Assembly: GCF_000143415.4 (NCBI RefSeq)
Contig: NW_003314299.1
Location: forward strand, 1-64,000
Direction of reading: 5' to 3'
DNA from: Selaginella moellendorffii
Lineage: Eukaryota; Plantae; Lycopodiophyta
DNA: 64,000 nucleotides
Part shown: piece by piece, positions 58,971-64,000 of the stretch
Numbering within the stretch: position 1 is the first letter of the stretch
How the letters are laid out: every line of letters begins with the position of its first letter
Position numbers and translations under genes: made by a program
The notes under the pieces: model-generated
Seen by the model: only the letters and a program-made list of their open reading frames with translations
Databases searched by the model: none
Told to the model about the DNA's origin: nothing

Positions 58971-59713
58971 ATGGCAGCAGCAGCTATGGTGAAAGTTGGA
59001 GCAGCATCGAGCCCGGCAATCGCCCCGCCAAAGTTCTCGCGGCGAGCTCCATCGCCCACTAAGTCAGCCTTCCTGGCGAATCTCAAGCCGCCGGTTGGTC
59101 TCTTCGGCAGTGGCAAATGCAGGAGAAGCGCTCTCGTCGTTCGAGCAGCCAGTGACAAGGTAGAAAACTTTCCCTGGATCATCCTTGCGTTGTGTCGATC
59201 TGATCTCTCTTCCATCTTCCTGTTCTCCAGTACCAAGTGATCGAGCCTCTAAACGGAGATCCCTTCGTTGGCGGACTGGAAACTCCCGTCACTTCCAGTC
59301 CCCTCATCGCCTGGTACTTATCCAACCTTCCAGCCTACAGAACTTCCGTGAGCCCGCTGCTACGAGGCATAGAGGTCGGCCTTGCTCACGGCTTCTTCCT
59401 CGTCGGTCCCTTTGTAAAAACCGGGCCTCTTCGCAACAGTGAAGTTGCCGGAGAGGCTGGCGCGCTCGCGGCAGCCGGGCTCGTTGCCATCCTCTCGGTC
59501 TGCCTCACCATCTACGGCATTGCAACGTTTAAGGAGGGAGCAGCATCAACAGCACCAACGCTTACACTGACCGGACGTAAGAAGGAGGCTGATAAGCTCC
59601 AGACCGCCGAGGGATGGGCCAGCTTTTCCGGGGGCTGGTTCTTTGGAGGTCTCTCCGGCGTTGCATGGGCTTACATCTGCTTGTACGTGTTCAAGATCCC
59701 CTACCCGGTGTAA
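58971..59713 (+). CDS. psaL: Photosystem I subunit XI with transit peptide, one intron
   Basis: [63 protein letters not shown]. Confidence 0.96.
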
Positions 59714-59858
59714 AAACTTGTCCTTTCAAACATCTTGCGCTTCATGGATTCACTCTCTTTCGTTCCGGAATCCTTGGAGACCTGTACAGGGAAACTGAAG
59801 CAACGTTTCCCACTGATCAGGTGATGTGCATTTGGAAAAAAAAACAAGAGATACCTGA

Positions 59859-62134
59859 TTATTGTAGCATATCGTGTTTCTCGAAGAACTTGAGAATCGC
59901 AGGGAACACCTCCGTTTTTGCCTGTAGAGGAACTTTAGAGAACAAAATCCCTTACTGATAGTGCTGCCGTTTACCGTTCGAGAGACGAGCAGATCATAGT
60001 GACCATAATGCCGATTATGCCGCCCTCCAAATACCTCGTATTTACCTCGTTCCGTAGGTAAAGTGCATACAGTATCTAGAAGAATGCGAACCTGTCATGC
60101 CAGTTCAAAGAAAATCCAGAGTACGTTACCGATAACAGCCGAGGGAGGGCAAACCAGATCCGCATCCCCAGCAATTGCGTAAACTGGGACTTCGGACTTC
60201 GATAACAAGTCTTTGTACATAACATTTCCATCGCGACTCTTAAGACCACCGCGTTGAAAAGCTGTTCTTAGCTGCAAAAGAAGCTTTGCAGGAACCGTGC
60301 CTGAAAGGAAACCATCATCAGCGACAGAATTTGAAATGCGCACGCACTTACAAAAATTATTGTAAACCAGTTTTTTGTAGAGGTCCGGATCCATCATTCC
60401 GCTAGCAGAAACATTATATCCAAGCCATGCCAGTGCATACGGAGGTCGACACACTAGAGGATACACTGCCTGCATTATGGCTCCAAGAGGCACAACTGGG
60501 ACGTTAAGCACTTGCGCTGGATCAGCCTGCACATCGGAAAACCAGAAAGAACAAGGAAAAACCTTAGCAAAAGAGTTGTGACAACCTTGTCTTACCAACG
60601 GCAGAAGCATGTGCAGCGAGGAGTTCGAAGCACTGTAGTCGAGCGATGAAGCTAAAGTGACCGCTGCAGCGATGCCAGAATCCTTTCCTGGGAAGAACTA
60701 CATATTCAAACGATGTCCTACAATTCAAACTCCATACCTTTACTCGCCAAGAGTGCATAGAGAATTATGCCTCCCATGGAATGCCCAACTCCAAGCAGCT
60801 TTCCATCCTTCGGATTACATTTGTTTCGGACGTACTCGATCTGCAAAAATCCGGAGTCATGACGTAGTCAATCAAACAGCTTCCTACCGCAGCTGGGACG
60901 TCTTCTTCGAGGTAGTGATCAAAGTCCCAATCATACTTCACAATAAGGTCCAGGAACTTTTGAAACTCGTCCACTGTTGAAGTGAGCCGCGACTGTAAGT
61001 CTCTCACGCGAGAAACTGAGACCTGTGTCTCCTCCAGAAGTCTAGTGAGCCTGTTACTTAGATCGATGAGCTGAGAAGTAAATGCCGCATTCTTCCTTTC
61101 CTCCAACAGTTTCACCAGCCTATCCTTTATCTCCTGATATCGGTGCGAGAGTTGAGCATCCTCTAAAATGGAAGATAGCTGCTCTGCAAGTCGCGCCGAG
61201 AGAACACGCGATTGCCCTTCATTCACTACCGCTCGTAGCTTTTCCGCAAGCTCCACAACGGTGCTAGATAGCTGCGATGCCGTCTTTGTGATCTCCCAAG
61301 AAGAACTTGACTCTTCGCTAGTGCCAGTTACGCCACCATTTTCTTTCTTGCCTCGTGCTTTCTCCTCCTCCTTTATCGTCGCAGCAACAGCCTCTATCTC
61401 TGGCTCGAGCTTACTCACAGAGGAAGCTAATTGTTCCACGTCTTGCAAGTTGAAAACCTCCGCCCCTTCAGTGCTTCGTGTGTATGTAGCTACTTTGTTG
61501 GGATCACTAGTCTTGAGTTGTTCTTCCTCTTCTTCGTTTTTACTCAACCCGGCAGCTCTCATTTCCAAGATCCACGTATCGAAACCATTGGAACTCATGT
61601 AACGAGCAAAAGAAACCTGTGTAGCAAATTGGTGAGAAGAACGATCGATCAGAACTGGAAGTTCACTCACGCTGGGGTCTAGATCGAATCCAAGCGCGTT
61701 TGTTGCGACACCAGACAGAAGCAAAAGCGGGTGATTCCTCGCGGGCGCCTGCGAGAAAAAGAGAAACAAAGAAAAAGCTACCGCTCGATTCTTCCAGGTA
61801 AAATTTGGAGGCTTACCGATCGAACAGGGAGATATCTCCACAATGCGAGCTTCCACTTGCCACCGGCCACACTGACGTAGTGAAGCTCGTCCCCTGTGCA
61901 CGTATCGGGCTTCTCCTTCAAGAATTCCACCTCTTCCGGCGAGGTAACCTTCCCATCGCTCTCTTTCACCGCTCCATCGCTCTGGCTGCACTGTGCCGAG
62001 CTCGAATTCTTAGTCGGTGACGCAAAGAATCGCAATCCCTCCGCCGCCCGAGCGCGCGCAGCGATCGAGAGCGCTGGTAGGCTCCTTGGTCGCAGAGCGA
62101 TCGCAGCCCCGGAGAATCGCAGCATCATTCCCAA
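59859..62134 (-). CDS. Alpha/beta-hydrolase with transit-peptide-like N-terminus and coiled-coil insertion
   Basis: CTGDELHYV, LALWRY, HPLLLLSGVATN, YDWDFDHYLEEDVPAA, GHSMGG nucleophile motif, AGDADLVCPP, HYGHYDL. Confidence 0.85.
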
Positions 62135-62379
62135 TGACCTAGAAATGTCCCAGCTCTTGAATCCCCCTGCTCTGTCAAAGCTCTAGAATCTCCCGTGATC
62201 GTTTATATAGGTAAGCCCTAAATGTAAATAGTAAATAGGTAAATAGGAAAAATGATGAGGTAATAAGATGAGGTAACTTTCACCTCGTTTGTCAGAATTT
62301 CTTTGTAAAAAACCATGTTCTGCAAAGAAAAGAATTTTCCAAGTGAGAAACAAAGGAAAGACGCACGCAGATATTAAAC

Positions 62380-63910
62380 TCACAGTAAAAATCGATCCAT
62401 CAAACAAAACCATAGCGATGTTCTGCCAAAGCGAAGAACACGAGCGAAGTTAACGCGAGCTTTGCGAAGAACAAAGACGAGAGCTCGGAGCTTACAGTGT
62501 AAATGGCCAGCTTCGATCAATCCAAGCTCCACATCCTGCGAGGCCGTCCACCCCGGCTCATACGCTTCGAGGAACGCTTGCTTGGCCTTGTTTGGAAGAT
62601 CGTGAGGATGAACCAGCGGCACGCCGCGCGGCCATCCCAGCTCCGCGCGGAGGCTGGAGCACGGACTGTCCAGCGTCGTGAGATGGTTCTCCTCGCAGTC
62701 CTTGAGGTTGCAGAACCGGATCTTCAAGTTCTTCCCCTCGGCAATCTCCTGGACCCTCTCCTTGAGCACCCTCTGCGCTTCCAGCCTCAAGCGCTTCGAT
62801 GGCGCCAGCGGCTTGCCCCGAGAAACCTGCTTTCTTCTCTTGAGCGACTTCATCGGACCTGGAAAGACAAAGATCAAAGAGCGTTCTTTCTCCCAGCTCG
62901 AGAAAAGAAGAACCTTCTTGCTGCGACGGAAACGAGAAGGCCTGCCGCATGCCGATAAGCTGGTCGATGGAGTGCGAGCGCTGCATGAAGTCGTGCACCG
63001 TGACGGACTGCTGGAACGGGCTGGATCCGGCGACTCCTCCCGACGTCGTCAAGCAGTGGAGCAATCCCGTGGCCTTGGGCATGAGCTTGAAAGCCGTGGA
63101 GCACCTCCCATACAAGTGCATATGTGATGAAGAACTCCCGGCCTCGGTCCGGAAGAACGCTGGAGTTACGTGACCCCCGGTGGCCTGGTACAGCGAGAGT
63201 CCGCAGAACAAAACCACGTCCTGGGGGCCGAGACCACCGTCGGCTAAGTGCCACCGCCCATGCATGTCACGAATCTCCAGCCCGTGCTTGTCCGACTTCA
63301 TCAGCGTCACCAATCCTTTATCGGCGTTCTGGTCGTGTCCGTCGTAGATGGTCGCCAGATCCATGGCTCCCGGGTGCTGCAAGCCGGGCCTTCCATGGCA
63401 GGACACCGAGAGAACCGAGCTGGAGACCTCTCCGTTCTTGAGAGGGATGTTGTCTAGGAACTCCGTGAAGGAGAAGCTCCGGAGCTCCAGAACCCAAGCT
63501 ATGGCCTCGAGGATGTGCCGCGAGGCCGTGCCGAGGGTGACGAAGAGCTCCGGAAGTCCTGTGGGTGGAAGCTCGGCGGTGGAGTCCGGCGTCCCTGGGC
63601 GATAGTCGAAAACTTCTTTGGCGAAGTGTGGATCCGAGTAGTAGCCGGCTGTGCGGTGCCAGTTCTGTGAATCCTCCGTGTGGATCGTCTCTGGCCCCGG
63701 CGGAGGGCGCTGGTGGAAGAACATCCGGGCGGAGTCGAGCACGCATCGCAGGAGCGTGCCGTCGCTGGCCGAGAGCTGGATCACCGCGAAGCTATATTTC
63801 TGGAGAGACTGGAAGAGCAGCACCGCGGCCTGCTTGTAGCAATCGCTCGCCAGGCCGTCCGAGGGGACTAGATCGGCGAGGCGGACGCGAGGAACCGGAC
63901 CCGCCGCCAT
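62380..63910 (-). CDS. Plant 2-oxoglutarate/Fe(II) oxygenase-fold protein with conserved C-terminal domain; 3' end uncertain
   Basis: RVRLADLVPSDGL..., GLEIRD..GRW...GRCSTAFKL; exon 2 KPLAPSKRLRLEAQRVLKERVQ..GWPRGVPLVHPHDLP. Confidence 0.8.
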
Positions 63911-64000
63911 TGCCGATCAGCCGCCTCCCCGCAGCCCCGGGATTTGCAGCGCGGCCGCGGCATTTGCGATTCTTACCATAGAAATCACGCCGCCACGATC

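Overview
Gene-dense eukaryotic plant nuclear DNA with very short (~50-60 bp) introns. The intron size, GC-rich intronless PLS/DYW PPR genes and a GT78 mannosylglycerate synthase point to the lycophyte Selaginella (inferred, not verified). 1-5.65 kb: two nested Ty3/gypsy LTR retrotransposon remnants. 5.7-12.6 kb: mostly damaged gene copies (SBDS 3' exon, IVD, LDIP-like, Ole e 1-like, AT-rich secreted-family copy) around an intact GH17 glucanase. Then TPR, mgs, Kelch/coiled-coil, an AT-rich secreted B-lectin gene, PPR pseudogene and PPR, L-type LecRK, PPO2, an atypical O-methyltransferase, a ~2.5 kb gag-derived inverted repeat, PPR-DYW, a zinc-knuckle gene, UTR2/4-like transporter, DPH1, TPX2, SKP1-like, AsnRS, PPR-DYW, GT-1-like trihelix, psaL, an alpha/beta hydrolase and a 2OG-oxygenase-like gene. 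Most notable: (i) a two-member AT-rich secreted family with an unrecognised N-terminal domain fused to a bulb lectin; (ii) four P1BS (PHR1) motifs in 120 bp of the GT-1/psaL divergent promoter; (iii) mgs possibly spliced or co-transcribed with a TPR gene; (iv) an OMT and a 2OGD fold lacking catalytic residues. Family calls are from motif recognition only, and exon boundaries are approximate.
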